DNA of 64,000 nucleotides from Octopus vulgaris (GCA_951406725.2 OX597820.1:103292001-103356000), one strand, 5' to 3'. Counted from the stretch's first letter, positions 39,128 through 53,431 are shown. A program made the numbers and translations. Notes: generated from the sequence alone by a model not told the origin.

Positions 39128-40401
39128 GATCAAAGGCATTCTAATCGCGATTAGTCCAACTTTGTAGGAGTGTCTTAGAACAACATTATTTGACATGTCT
39201 TTCCCATCTTCAAGTCTGTAGATGCGAACCTGAGGGAGATTTTGTTGCTATTTCTAATGGTTCAAATGACCACGTAGAAGCTGGTATCTACATCAATATC
39301 TGGCACAGTCACTACACAAATTAAAAATAAATATACCAGATAAGCGAACGCTGAATATAAAACATGGCATAAAAAAAAGACATAAGTGTCACGGCTAGAA
39401 TGTCGATCGAACGAAAAATCTCAATACGAAGAAAATCTCTCTCTCTCAGTACATGATGCTTTAGGCTGAGCTTCGTCATTCAGCCGGTCACCCTGGGTGC
39501 CATAGGATTTTTGCACCAGTGTTGATCTGGGGTTAAAGAACAAAAACTTCCTAATACTTAGGAGGTCTGTGTCATCGGGAGTGTCACGATCGCCTACATC
39601 TCGGACAAAAGCCATTGCCAATGGCATGATAGAAACAAGTCACCTCTCACTTAGTCACCCACAGCTTTCTCAACTCGCCAGTCCGTGCTCGACCTTCATT
39701 TATTTATTTATTTATTTTATAAATCTAAACGTCCGTGTAAACCTGGTAAGCCACAGTAGACTAAGGAAGGTATAAAATATAACTCTTTATACAAAAGAAA
39801 AGAACTAAAATAAACACGCAAAAACAAGAAAGAGAAAAAAGGGGCCAGAAAAACATATAACGAATGCTTAAATGATTTTGTTAATTTTTTTGTAATCTTC
39901 ATGAATTGGAAGACGTTATTTTATGGCTTGTGGATCCTTGAGAATATATTGTACTTCCAGACCTTGAGAATAAATTGTACCTCCAGACCGTTTTAGAAAT
40001 ATCCGATCTTTCGCACTCTCTCGAAATAGGTCATTTTTGCTTTTGAACAAAAATGCCACCAATTTTCTAAATAGTTCATTTTAATTCTTTGCTTGTTCTG
40101 TGTATCACATGTGATGCACAGGATAGGCAAAAGGATAAGAGAGATGTATTTCCCTGGAGTTCATGAATTATATATAATACACAATCCTAATTTTTCTGCC
40201 ACCAGGGTAACTTGGGACTTATGAAAGGTAAGTTTTCTATTATTCAGAACGCATGAAACAAGGCGTAACTAAAAGCCCGAAAACGAGCATGGATATTTAG
40301 AGTAAATTTATGAAAATGTTTTAGACAGGCAAATGGTTAATAGCATAGAAGGAGTATTGCATGGATCTGTTCGTGGTAGAATAATAATTCAAAGGAATAT
40401 A

Positions 40402-40548
40402 TATTTCTTTACTACCCACAAGGGGCTAAACATAGAGGGGACAAACAAGGACAGACAAAGGGATTAAGTCGATTACATCGACCCAGTGCGAAACCGGTAC
40501 TTTATTTATCGACCCCAAGAGGATGAAAGGCAAAGTCGACCTCGGTGG
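40402..40548 (-). mobile_element. 5'-truncated family A SINE with 16-bp TSD
   Basis: AATTCAAAGGAATATA at 40386-40401 and 40549-40564. Confidence 0.9.
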
Positions 40549-41476
40549 AATTCAAAGGAATATAGCCAGTGTGAAATCATTGGTCAACGCATTTTTAAAG
40601 ACATCATTTAAATTCAGATACACCAGTTAACACTAAGCATAACAGTTGATTTTACATGCGGGTGGCATATATGAATAATTATTTCATCTCTAAAAATATA
40701 TTCTCTTTCCCAGTGTCAACGAACACTAAATACATATATTTATTTAGTGACTTAATAATCTATTTTTGCTTCGGCAGGTAGAAGACCTACTTCAGTGACA
40801 ATTGCACCACGTGAATAAAAGATGTCAGGAAGAGAGATGTCACCTGTAAATTACAGGGAAAAAAACAAAACAAAACAACAAAAAAAAACAACAACAACAA
40901 AGTAATATTAGTCATTGTCTAAAATTGTTTTGTTTCGTTTCGTTTTGTTTATTTTCTCATCGCATATTTATTTCTAGTTAGCTTTTTAATGGCCCGTGTA
41001 TTAAATATGTTAACACCATCTGACGTTGTTAAACAGTATGTCAAACGTAAATAAATCTATCAAAAATGACACAAATTCTTCACATCACAAGTAATGTTTG
41101 CCATTATGTTAACAGTGCCATCTAAGAGTTATTTATTTGACCTTTTACTCTTTTTTGTATTTTATTTATTCCTCTTTTTTTTACGTTCTTTCTTTAGATT
41201 GATGATATCCGCTATAATAAAGAAGTGTCAAACATTTCTTTGTTATGAACCCTACCGAGCAAAGAATTATAAACTCGTGGAAATCATTTCAAGAATGATA
41301 AATGGAATTGTACAAAAAAAAGTGACAAAATGAACACTGCTTCATGTAATGCTGGTGGTATTCTGTGTGCTTATTTCAATGAAAAAAAAAAAAAAAAAAA
41401 AGCGCGGGAGCAACAACAACAGCAACACAGCTTACACAATCTCGTACACACACATACTATATCTACTGATAAACAC

Positions 41477-41526
<50 letters not shown>

Positions 41527-41619
41527 CCTATCTACATGTATTTATCCGTATTTGTGATTATATGAGTGTGTATGTATGCATGCCATCTTTCCTTCTTCTC
41601 CTAATTTGTGTTTCTTTCT

Positions 41620-42030
41620 CTCCGTTGTAGCTGGAACAAGAAAGGCGTGTTCTTGTCTGTCTCCTGTCCAAGCTTGATTTACGCGTTCGCCACCACAACC
41701 TCGTTAAGGCTTAGCAGCCCTTCCTCTTTGTTTTCACTGTTCTGTTTGTGTTACCAATTTTGACCCTCCGCAAAATCCCAAATTTTATTTAATTTGCTTT
41801 GTGGTAGCAACTGTTTTATCGAAAGTGTATATTGTTGTTAAATGCTCGAAATACGAGAGTAGAAAAAACAGCCAACAACTGATGAAGGGTCGTTCTTTAT
41901 GTTTGTCTTGTTTGTCTTGTTTTCCACTTGTGTCTTTCATTGTTCGAAAAAACAGTTCATATTCCATGTACTCGTACTTCGTAATTTTTGTTGTACACGT
42001 TTCATGACGTCCTGTGCCCACATATGCATA
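41620..42030 (+). mobile_element. Unclassified interspersed repeat (family E) ending at a TA/CA microsatellite
   Basis: Similar to 8330-8700 and 34700-34855 (aaatcccaaattttatt...caactgatgaagg...gacgtcctgtaccc). Confidence 0.55.
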
Positions 42031-42061
42031 TATATATATATATATATACATACATATACAT

Positions 42062-42131
<70 letters not shown>

Positions 42132-42501
42132 GAGGCAGATATGTAGATAGATATACATATATGTACATATATACTCACACACACATACATACACGCATAA
42201 CACATTCATACACGCGCATGTGTATTTGAGTATATGTATGTGTAATAAAGAAGACAGAAAGTTTGATTGTTTTCGCATCCTGCATTGAATATAGTAACAC
42301 TAACTTAACTATTTTTATTTAGTGCAGATGGTGTCTAAGAGTAATTCATTCGCTAATTTTTCTCTCCTACACCCTCACGGGCACAATATTGTACAAATAA
42401 TTCTCTCATCTTTACTTCGATAATTACAATAAAATCTATCGTCACTGAAGAGGTTTAATAAATCCGGAACGTGAACGGAATTGTCGTGCGTACCCTCTAT
42501 T

Positions 42502-43989
42502 CATTGCAATTACCTTTTTGGTGCTTTGGGACCGAGATGCGACAATTGACAACGAAATACGTGTACGATACATTTACTTTGTGGCACAAATGCAATTAGT
42601 AAAATCACGAACATCACTTTATGCTTCCCTTCCCCCCACCCTTTTTTTTCTCTTTTTTTCGTTATAGGAAATAACATTCCCAAGACTCAATCTACTAAGT
42701 CAATAGTAAAACAATTGCTGCACGGTTAAGAATTTCGCTTCGCAGCACGTAGCTCTAATTTCGATCATGTTGCACGTCAAGGTAAATATATAACTTCCGA
42801 AATAGCTTCAAATTGATTTATCTCTTGTGAGTGCAATTTTCTCGACAAAAACAATGTAGAATCTCGACACATACACACACAAGCGATTACGTATGTACGA
42901 GTATACATGTTTCTGTACGTATGTGCGGATGTGCGTGCTTGTCTTGCACCGATGTATATTGATGAAGAATGGAGAAATTGACGAGAAAACCGAAAATCCA
43001 CCGTGTTGCATATGAAGTCACGATATTTGTTCAGCACCAAATTTCAGAAATGCAATGTGTCTGTCGATCAATCTGTTGGAAATCTGTTATGAACGACGCT
43101 ATTGTTCACCAGCCGCGATGTTAAAAAGAAATAAAATGGCATGATAGTAAAGGAACTAGCAGCGTGAGATGAAATGGCTTCAACCGGGATTGAAGCATCA
43201 TAGTGATATTTACCTGTTGGTAGCTTAACTCTTCTCTACATCACTCGTCACGCCGGGTACAGAAACTAAATAACACTTAGTAAACTAATTTAAGTATTTG
43301 TATAATGAAATGCGGTTTTATAAAACCCCAATGAAAATCGCAGTCCAGAATGTAAAACGTTGGACAACCAGTTAAAGATTCAAATGTTCGTGTGCAGTTA
43401 GAGACATCGCGGTGTATCCATGGGAATAACATCACTCGTTAGCCGAAGCCACCTTTACTCTACATATGTATTATAACAGATTTTATTGACGTTGTTATTT
43501 TACCCCAGGTCATCATCGACCTATGATCAAAAGATATTCCTGTCGTGTTTATCCTATTGTTTTGTCTTCTAGACATAATATATCTAAGATTATATTATCC
43601 AGTACGTCACATAATACTTTAAGATCTAGGTTAGGTTTAAAGGAGATTTGGCTGCTTTTTCTAAAACATCGAACGACCACATTGCAATTACCTTTTTAGC
43701 GCCCAGGGACCGAGATGCGACAATTGACAACGAATTACGTGTGCGATACATTTACTTTGTGGCACAAATGCAATTAGTAAAATCACGAACATCACTTTAT
43801 GCTTCCCTTTTCCCTACCGTTTTTTCTCTTTTTCGTTTTAGGAAATAACATTCCCAAGACTCAATCTATTAAGTCAATAGTAAAACAATTGCTGCACGGT
43901 TAAGAATTTCGCTTCACAGCACGTAGCTCTAATTTCGATCATGTTGCACGTCAAGGTAAATATATAACTTCCGAAATAGCCTCAAATTG
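42502..43989 (+). repeat. ~310-bp direct repeat pair
   Basis: 42502-42815 and 43680-43989 are highly similar. Confidence 0.9.
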
Positions 43990-44722
43990 TGATTTTACTA
44001 ATTGCATTTGTGTCACAAAGTAAATGCTTTGAATATGAACAGCTTCTCAGCAGAAGAGGAGCGAGATTACAAAACGAAGGGTATGATTATATCTTTTAAA
44101 GAACAGTAACGGTATAAGAACAATGAAAGTGTCGGAATCGAAACCAAGTTTCACAATTACCCACCCGTTCTTGATTTACTTTTACACTGGAAAACGAAAT
44201 AAAAAATTAATTAATCATCAACGCGTTTCGCCATTGTGTATTCCAGCTGTTCGATCAATTGAACTACCAACTCGTTTAAGTGTAGTGTAAACGAATGAGA
44301 ATTTCATGGAGCAGTCATCGACAAACAGCAGCCAGCGGGACTTACTGAACGACACGCCTAACCAAAAATTACCTTAAATTCTTTTACTAGTGCGGTCCAC
44401 CTGATGACGAGCCACGTCTGATATGGTCCGCTTCTCGAGAAAAGGTTGAGCGTGTCCATCATAAAGTATAAGCCCTTAAACATAGTTCCTGAAGCAAAAT
44501 CAGCGTGACTGTGTGTGTGTGTGTGTGTGCGTGTGTGCGCGTGTGTGTGCTCGCACGCATGAGTGACAAGTGTAACCCTTTGAATTACATAGCCTACGTA
44601 AAGTAATTGGTTTGAGCCGAGGATGTTTTAAAAGGGCTTCCCAATGATACCAGTAAGTTTGGAGCTCATGATTAGGAAATGAACCTTTTAACCACTCGAC
44701 CATAGCTGTGCTCAATGTCTTC

Positions 44723-44946
44723 AGCTGGCAGAATCGTTAGCACGCCGGGCGAAATGCGTAGCCGTATTTCGTCTGCCGTTACGTTCTGGGTTCAAATTCC
44801 GCCGAGGTCGGCTTTGCCTTTCATCCTTTCGGGATCGATAAATTAATTACCAGTTACGCACTGGGGTCAATGTAATCGACTTAATCCCTTTGTCTGTCCT
44901 TGTTTGTCCTCTCTGTGTTTAGCCCTTTGTGGGTAGTAAAGAAATA
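44723..44946 (+). mobile_element. Young family A SINE
   Basis: Near-consensus copy ending gtagtaaagaaata. Confidence 0.9.
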
Positions 44947-46544
44947 TATATTACGATACGCATCACAAAATCAACTGAAAAAGAATGACTACTTTTGATT
45001 AAAAGAAAGCGAATTCTGTAGAGATGTTCATGACATTTTCAAAAGCAACTGGAAAATGTTTACAATTGAAAGTTCTTGAAGTATGACGGCATTGATGATA
45101 TGACAGCGGATAAAAATAAAGGTTTGTGTGTCTGATACAAATTCCAACATACATTCATATAAATGGCCTTTCATAATGAACGACGACTAAACTACTCGAA
45201 ACATTTATCTTCGTCAGAGCTAATAATGGTTTCAGATTTAAGCAGAAAACCGATAATTTTGAGAGAAGGGTGTTAGTCAATACTATTAACTCCAGAACTT
45301 GACAACTTACATTATTTTATCAACCAGAAGGATTTGAACTTTAAAACAAAATACCACAAGTCGAAAGAAATACCGCAAAGCATTTTCTAATGATTCTGCT
45401 GGGTCGCCGCCTTCATCAATGCTAATAATGATTTCTACCATTGAAGCAAAGCCATACATTTTGGGAGTAAGTGGATATAGTCTGGTGTATAGCAATGAGA
45501 AGGAGAAGGTACGGCAAATATCTTCGTAACTGTGCAATGAGAAACTTTGCTATGCTACTGGGTACAGCCGATTAAATCAATCTCAATCTTTGACTGTTCC
45601 TCATATCGACTATCTTCCTGGCTTGAAGTCAGAATGTAAAATGACGTAACTAAATCATGCGAAGTATTTTGTCCGACACTTTATTGCTGTTTATATTTAG
45701 GTGCAAGACCAGAAATTTTGGGAAAGTAGTACAACTGAATATATCGAACACAACTAAGGTAAAAGTTAAAGGTAAAGTTACCTTCTTGAGTCATACTGAC
45801 TCATAGGGGCTGGTTTCCTAGTTTCCATGGCGTATAAATTTCCTACCTTGACAGGACGCCGGTCCGTCGCAGGATTACTCATTTTCACTCGCTGAATGGA
45901 CTGGAGCAACGTGAAATGAAGTGTTTTTCTCAAGAACACAACACATCCCTCGGTCCAGGAATCGAAACCACAATCTTATGATCATGTGTCCAATACCCTA
46001 ACCACTAAGTCACACGCCAGTTGACTAAGACAAAGTACTGTTTCGAGTCGTAGGTCTCATAAAGCCGGCCACTCGATTTTCATGGAGTATAAGTGACCGA
46101 GATTGGGACGCCGGTCCGTTGGAGGGTTACTTTTTTGCAGCTGAGTGGACTGGAGCAACGTGAAATGAGTGTATTGCTCAAAAATACAATGCATAGTCTA
46201 GTCTAGAAATAGAAACCCTGATCTTGAAATTGTGGTTACAACATCCTAACCATTAAACCACGCAACTTCCCCCCAGCAACTGACTGACACTTTATTTTAT
46301 CGACCTCAAATAGATATAAACACACTTGATCTCAACGAAATTTCAATCCAAAATGTAAATGGTCGAGAGAAATTCTGCCAGGCGTTTATCCAATGATCTA
46401 ATATTATTTATCAAACCAGCGCTCCTTGGAAGTACCATTACTATAAATTCTGGTATACTGTGACATTCAATCCATCTATAATTACCTTTAACTACGAAAT
46501 AAAAAGCAGTTAGCTTGTTGCTTCGGTTCTGTTAGTGTATTCTC

Positions 46545-46990
46545 CCATGGCCGTGTGGTAAGAAGGCACAGTTGTTTGGTAAGAAGCTTGCTTCTCAACA
46601 GTATTGTTCTGGCTTCTTTCCTACTGCGTGACACCTCGGGCAAGTGTCTTCTACTATAGCCTCGGGCCGGCCAAGCTTTATGAGTGGATTAGGTAGACGG
46701 AATCTAAAGAAGCTCGTTGTGTGTGTGTGTGTATGTGTGTGCGCGTGCGCGTCTGCGTGTATATATATATATATATATATATTCAAAGAGAGAGAGAAAA
46801 AGAGATGTGTGTGTGTGTTTGTCTTTGTCCCACCGCTTGACAATTGGTGTTGGTTTGTTTCCGTCCCCTAAACTTCGGTAAAAGAAACCTATAAATTAAA
46901 AGTAGGTAGTGGGATCGATTTGTTTGACTAAACCATCAAAGGGGTACCTTAGTGTGACCGCAGTCCAATGAGTGAAAGAAGTAAAAGCTA
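46545..46990 (+). mobile_element. CORE-type SINE (family B)
   Basis: Head, CORE, microsatellite and tail are all present but diverged. Confidence 0.8.
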
Positions 46991-49427
46991 TACTATATCT
47001 TAAAGACGTTTATCTAATCAAAATATTTCAAGCATTTGACGTTCAACAAAATCCAAAAATAATTAGTTTAGATTAGGCTTTCATTTTACTTTTTTTTATC
47101 AAATCTATGAATTGACGATGTGTACTTGATTGATTCTTCTGTGTATTACCAGTACGCAAAGCCGTCTTAAGGCATGGACATATAGAACAGTTGCCCGGGA
47201 GGACTTCTGGATCTCGGGGCTCAGTTCTGATCCTTGTATGTTGTGATTTGTCAATAAATAATTACCAAAAGACCCATTCTGTTTATTTCTCCTGGGTGGG
47301 AGTCTATAATGTTGTCGGAACGGCCCAGCTAGGGAAGGCAATGCCCACTGTGATGAAATTTGAGCTCGGAGCGTAAATAGTAATACAAACTATTGTTTCT
47401 TTAAAAAATATCTCTTTGCAATAGAAGAATCTATAAAATATTACATACTTTGATTGTGTGGAAAGTTGAGAATTGGCAGAAGAAACTAATTAGTCGTATC
47501 TTATTTTCATTTTCAATGTTCTAAATTCTATTTTTAAGTTTCGCTGGAGTTGACTTGGTCTCCCAAGCCAAAGGAGTTGGTAAAATAAGTACCAGTTTTG
47601 TATTGGGGTCAATTCTATTGTCTCTGCGAAAATATGCCCGAGGCCTAATGAAAGGAAAATACTGTCACTCCAAGCCAGTGTTCTAATTATGCAAATATAT
47701 CGAATGTCAGTTTATCCTTTCAGGACAAACAAAATATTTAAGAGTAAGTTGTAAGATCAACATTTAGTTAGCGCAGACACAACTACTGTTAGCCACAGAG
47801 AACATAAAAACTATTAGACTGTAAGATTTACATTTAGTTATTTAAAGTTAGTACAGATATTATCAATATTAAGTCTCTCTCACACACACACATACATACA
47901 ATAACAAGCAAAAATTACTAGACTATAGCTTCTACGTATATTTAGCGTTAAACAACAAACGGAATTCTCAGGCTGTATATTCTGCGTTTAGTTGAAAGTT
48001 ACAGTTGGCCATCTTGCTAAAATGTCTGTCTGTCTGCTTGTAGATGGCTGTGTCCTAAGAATAGGCATTTAATATTGAGGTGCTCAGTCCATAAAGCTGT
48101 ATACAGAGTCACCATGTAAGTAACAGGGACTAAAGTATTCCTTTAGTTTTCAAAGACAGTTTAAATCTTCTGATGGACGAATCAGCAATAGACTTATCTT
48201 TCTATGAAGAGAGAGAGAGAGAGAGAGGGAGAGAGGGGGGAGTGACGGAGAAGGCGAAAAAGAGGAGTGTGTGTGTGTGTGTGTGTTTTTTTTCTCTGAA
48301 TTACTTAAAGTTGTTTGTCATGTGTTGGCGAATAACCTGCTAGATTAATATTTATTTCATTATTTCTTAATAATGAGGTCAAGACCGAGTCCACTAATGA
48401 GCTCGGGTTATTTCAGAATCTACAAACACGTGACTCTGCGTATATTCCTATAGCCATTCCGCTACTGCAGACTCAAATGGAAATGAATGAACGCAATGAA
48501 AGTTGCGATAGCTTCACACCTCAGCCAATCCAAAGTCTTCTTCTCAACTATAGGTGATGTGCTGAAACACCGTGCTTAAATAAGGTTCAGCCAAGACACA
48601 CAGAATCATTCCCTCCCAGCACACACGTTCCCAGATATTCGCTACACTGGCTGTGTGTTGATTAAATCACAAGCGTTAAATGAATGAGTCTCTTCTTGGC
48701 TACACAAGAAACTACCACCAAACCATACGGTTCTAACCATCCACTCCACCAAAGAGCTGTCATTTAATTAATCATATGAATAATTTTTTCAGATGTAAGG
48801 CAAATAACTTCGCATTTCTTAGTGGCCTAATTTAGCTCTTCCTATTGCTGTTATTATTGTTTCGTCGTCGTATTAGTTATTGTTGTTGGCTTAAATTTTT
48901 GATTGTAACGAAATCAGAGAGGGAAGACTTCTGCATTTGATATTTGAAACAAGAACTCCAGCTGTTTTTATAATTGAATAGCTATGTCTCTAAATTTAAC
49001 TTGAATCTAGTCGTATGTTAATGCTGTTTAAGAATCCAACAATTTCTAAATGAGCAAGTTCTTACATACTGATTAAACTAAGAAATCGATATTCCCTGTG
49101 ATAAGTCTTTGGTGTAGTGGTTAGCTCTGCTACATGGCTTATAGCAAACGCGATGTTCGAATCCTGTAGGTAGTGTTATAACTGTTATGGGGGTGGGAGC
49201 AGTATTACTGAACGATTAAGAAGTTCACTTTGCGATCATAAAGTACCGATTTCGATTCCGCTGGGTAAGTGTAATTTTCCATAGCCTCGGCTCGACCCAT
49301 TTCTTGTGGGAGAAATTGAGTAGTTGTAAACTGTACAGAATCCCGTCGTATGGTCTGTACCAGCAATTCAAAACTTCAGCATTGTCGCTGATTCCGTTTG
49401 AAAATTACATTGAGGGTGCACATATCA

Positions 49428-49980
49428 CTGGTACGTAATTTATCGACCCCGAAAGGATGAAAGGCAAAGTCGACCTCGGCAGAATTTGAACGCAGAACGT
49501 AGCGACGGGCGAAAGAAATGCCGCTACGAATTTTGCCCGGCGTGCTAACGACTCTACCAGCTCACCTCCTTAACAATAGTAATAATAATAATAATAATAA
49601 TAATTTCAAAGACAGCCATTTTGGGGGAGGGGACCAGTCGATTACATCGACCCCAGTGTTCAACTGGTACTTAATTTATCGACCTCGAAAGGATGAAAGG
49701 CAAAGTCGACCTCGGCTGAATTGGAACTCACAACGTAACGGCAGACGAAATACCTATTTCTTTACTACTCACAAGGGGCTAAACACAGAGAGTTCAAACA
49801 AGGACAGACAAACGGATTAAGTCGATTATATCGACTCCAGTGCATAACTGGTACTTATTTAATCGACCCCGAAAGGATGAAAGCAAAGTCGACCTCGGCG
49901 GAATTTGAACTCAGAACGTAACGGCAGACGAATTATGGCTACGCATTTCGCCCGGCGTGCTAACGTTTCTGCCAGCTCGC
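49428..49980 (-). mobile_element. Three head-to-tail family A SINEs
   Basis: The core gaaaggatgaaag(g)caaagtcgacctcggc is repeated at ~49450, ~49690 and ~49870. Confidence 0.88.
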
Positions 49981-50005
49981 AGTCTTAATAATGATAATAA
50001 TAATG

Positions 50006-50058
<53 letters not shown>

Positions 50059-50710
50059 GATGATGATGATGATGATGCTCTCTTATTCTGGCACAAGGCC
50101 AGCAATTTTGAGGAGAATGATTAGTTAATACCATCAACTCTATTACTTGACTGGTACTTTATTTTTATCGATTCTGGTGGGAGGAGAAGCAAAGTAAACC
50201 GCAATGGGATTTAAAACCAGGAAGTAAAGAATCGGAAGAAATTATGCAAAGCAATAACAATAATACGTTCTGATGCTCAAGATAAACTTACATAGCTCGG
50301 ATTTAGATAAGATATAACCATGCCCATCACTAAGGGGTTGCACTGGATAGCACACTACTCAATGTGAGCACACTGCCTCACTATTCAATGCTGCACCCTC
50401 AAATTTACATTGATACATTTACTTCGAAACTTCACTTTAGCAACCCTAGTGCTCACTCAGAATATTCTGAAGTAACTCTAAGCATCAAAGTTCGGTGACG
50501 AGCCTAGGTCAAACCATTGATTATTAATTAAAATGATTGCAGGAAGATTTACTGTAACAGTTGTATAAAGTTACTAATGTAAAGCTTTATTTACTGCATG
50601 AGTTTTGCAATAAGGAGTTAATTCGATGCAGGTCTCATGAAAGAAAAGATTAGTTCGATTACCATGAAGTTTTTACTTTTTAATTGACTCTCACTCAAGG
50701 TTTTGTATAG

Positions 50711-50798
<88 letters not shown>

Positions 50799-51171
50799 GC
50801 GCGCAAAACATGCGTTGTTTATAAAAAATGAAACTTATGACGTTTGTAGTAAAAAAACTAGCAAACCTGCCACCGAAATGGGAATAAAACAAATATTCTT
50901 TTATATATAATTCAAACCGGACACCTGGCATTTCCCGGGAAACAGAATGCTGATTTAACCGCTTTAATTGCTAACTTCACTGCGACACCTACTGCTTCTC
51001 TCACATTTGACTAATTGGTAGCTCCACTCCTTGTTTTTTTCTCTGTTTTGTTTTTTTTTAATACATGGCCTCAGATCAAATCCCATACCTGGCAAGTACA
51101 CCTTCGTAGCATTGTAATTCTGTATAAATACATTCTTTGAAATACAACGTTTATATTCTATGTAACAGAGT

Positions 51172-51234
51172 TACGAGGCTGAACGAGAAAGTAATGCAAA
51201 TAAAAATTGCATTATTTTCTGTTTCATCCTCGTA
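51172..51234. mobile_element. Tiny mariner-type MITE (TIRs only)
   Basis: TACGAGG.TGAA..AGAAA.TAATGCAA inverted at both ends, with TA termini. Confidence 0.65.
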
Positions 51235-51464
51235 TAATTGTTCAAAAAATTATTATCTCCGGAAAAAAATAAAAAACTTAAATAATTCGGGATAAACAGC
51301 GTTCTTAGTTTTTGCCCTTTAAGCATTGACAATAATAAAAAAAAGCTCTGGCTTCCGACACGTGCGTACGCGTGTCTGTGAAATACTCAGCTACTTACAC
51401 GCCCTGCCGGTTCCACAGTTCTCCCAAAGGACAACAGTCTCTATTTAACGATAGCCGATGTAAA

Positions 51465-51640
51465 ATATTTACATTATTTACATTTGACGGATATTTGTCC
51501 TCATCTTGTTTGTTGTTAATACGTTTCAAAATTTCCTCAAGACACCTGATGAAGGCTGGAGGGTATATCAGCCGAAACGTTGTGTTAACAACAAACAAGA
51601 TGAGGACAAATATCCGTCAAATGTAAATAATGTAAATAAT
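51465..51640 (+). mobile_element. Inverted Penelope pLTR mini-insertion with 11-bp TSD
   Basis: ~54-bp perfect inverted arms; TSD GCCGATGTAAA at 51454-51464 and 51641-51651; same family as 4258-4370. Confidence 0.9.
51542..51585 (+). ncRNA. Minimal type I hammerhead ribozyme
   Basis: acac-CTGATGA-a-ggctg-gagggtatat-cagcc-GAAA-CG-TT-gtgt: perfect stems I and II, palindromic AACGTT stem III. Confidence 0.8.
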
Positions 51641-52019
51641 GCCGATGTAAATGTTGGTCAATTTCTCAAGTCATGTTTACATTATATAAAGAGGAAGAGG
51701 GAGGGAGAAAGTTGGGGAGAGAGATGGAGAGAGGGAGAGGGAGGGAGAGGGGGAGAGAGGGAGAGGAAGAGAGACATTAAAGGAAAAATACAGAGTTGGC
51801 ATAAGTGATAAAGGATGAACGCTTATTCTAGGCTTGGTAGCAGGCAATGAGTAAAGGAACGTTACACAATCACACGCACGTACACACACACAAGGTGAGG
51901 GAAAGTATCATATGTACAGTGAAGAAGGAGGCGAAGCAAATTACAGTAATGAATATTTTCCTTTTGAAAATTAGTAAGCATTTCATCATCTACAAGCACC
52001 AAGAAATTTACTTTTTTTT

Positions 52020-52405
52020 AACTTTTTACTTCTTTCAGTCAGGTGACTGTGGCCATGCTGGAGCACCGCCTTTAGTCGAGCAAATCGCCCCAGTACTAAT
52101 TCTTTGTAAGCCTTGTACTTATTTTATCGGTCTCTTTTGCCGAACCGCTAAGTTACGGGGACGTAAACACACCAGCATCAGTTTTCAAGCGATGTTGGGG
52201 GGACAAACACAGACACACAGACACACATATGTAACACACACACGACGGGTTTCTTTCAGTTTCTATCTACCAAGTTCAGTCACAAGTCTTTGCTCGGCCA
52301 GAGGCTATAATAGAAGACACTTGCCCAGGGTGCCACGCGGTGGAACTGAACCCGGAACCATGTGGCTGGTAAGCAAGCTACTTACCACACAGCCACTCCT
52401 ACTCC
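52020..52405 (-). mobile_element. CORE-type SINE (family B)
   Basis: Full-length reverse copy of 53497-53955. Confidence 0.88.
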
Positions 52406-53396
52406 TATATTTGGTAAAGGCTAGATTATAATTATTGTAGGTATCCATATTTTTTCGATATCAACTATCATGGCAAAAGTATACTTGCAAAGTTACTCGT
52501 CATATGAATACTGTTGAATACTCAGCCAGTTACAGGCTAATTCAATAAGTTTTGTCATTCAGGTGATCAAACAACTGAACATTTACTCCTTCTTTGTACA
52601 CACACAGAATAATTCACTAAGAGGCCCTTTTGCGTACAGCTGTCTGTAGGAGAAGCAGGGCTCTTCCGGTTACAGTTTAGCTGCCTTCAAAGTCTGATCT
52701 TGAGATTAAGCATATGGCAATTTGGAGCCTCTTAAAGTGAAGTCGCTCAATGGTAGGTCGAAAATACAGTGGAGACCCTGTATGTAAGGAAACGTTAACC
52801 AGAGGTCATTACGCAAAAATATTACAAAATATCATCTTGAAGTTTGTAAGAAATTATCCTTTTCGAGATATTAAGCCCTTACATACAAATGAATATACAA
52901 TAGAAAAAAACCCTCTGCTTATAAGAAATATGTGGAAGATATTTTGTTAATGACACTGTTAAGAAAAGCCAAAAAAAATGTAAACTCAAAAAAAGATGAT
53001 TCATTGGGATATATGTGAGAAATCTTACACATTTTGTTATTCGTAAATCTAGTTATACGGGAAAAAAACCTTCCAGCAATTGTGAAATAAGTGAGACACC
53101 TACTATATTTAATATTATTTTAACAATGTGCGAAAGAATATGTAAATACTGGTGGCATTTACATATTACGGCCAATGAGAAATATAAATATACAAACATA
53201 CGTTTACTTATACAACAACCATGCCCATTTAAGCGCACACGCACGCTCACTAACGAGTAAAGGCAATGTCAAGATTGTGGTGGCATTTGGTCGACAACTG
53301 ATGAAGGATTGTCTGCGTCCGTTGCGTGTGGTTTTTCTGTTTTCCAGGGAATTCCTTTGCTATCCTCATGTGTCACACTTACATTGATAGACAGAC

Positions 53397-53431
<35 letters not shown>

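Noticed and set aside
40791-40843. Possible minus-strand cassette exon (AG...GTAGGT) in intron 1
   Set aside because: 53 nt breaks the frame alone or together with 33831-33886 (109 nt), and exon 1 already joins exon 2 in phase with a complete domain.
42440-42480. CTGAAGA-gg...cc-GGAACGT hammerhead-like relic
   Set aside because: The GAAA box is mutated and the cleavage site and stem I are not intact; at most a dead copy.
44395-44460. CTGATGA-cgag...ctcg-agaaa hammerhead candidate
   Set aside because: No convincing stem I or stem III.
49108-49175. tRNA-like A/B boxes
   Set aside because: No cloverleaf; probably a decayed SINE head.
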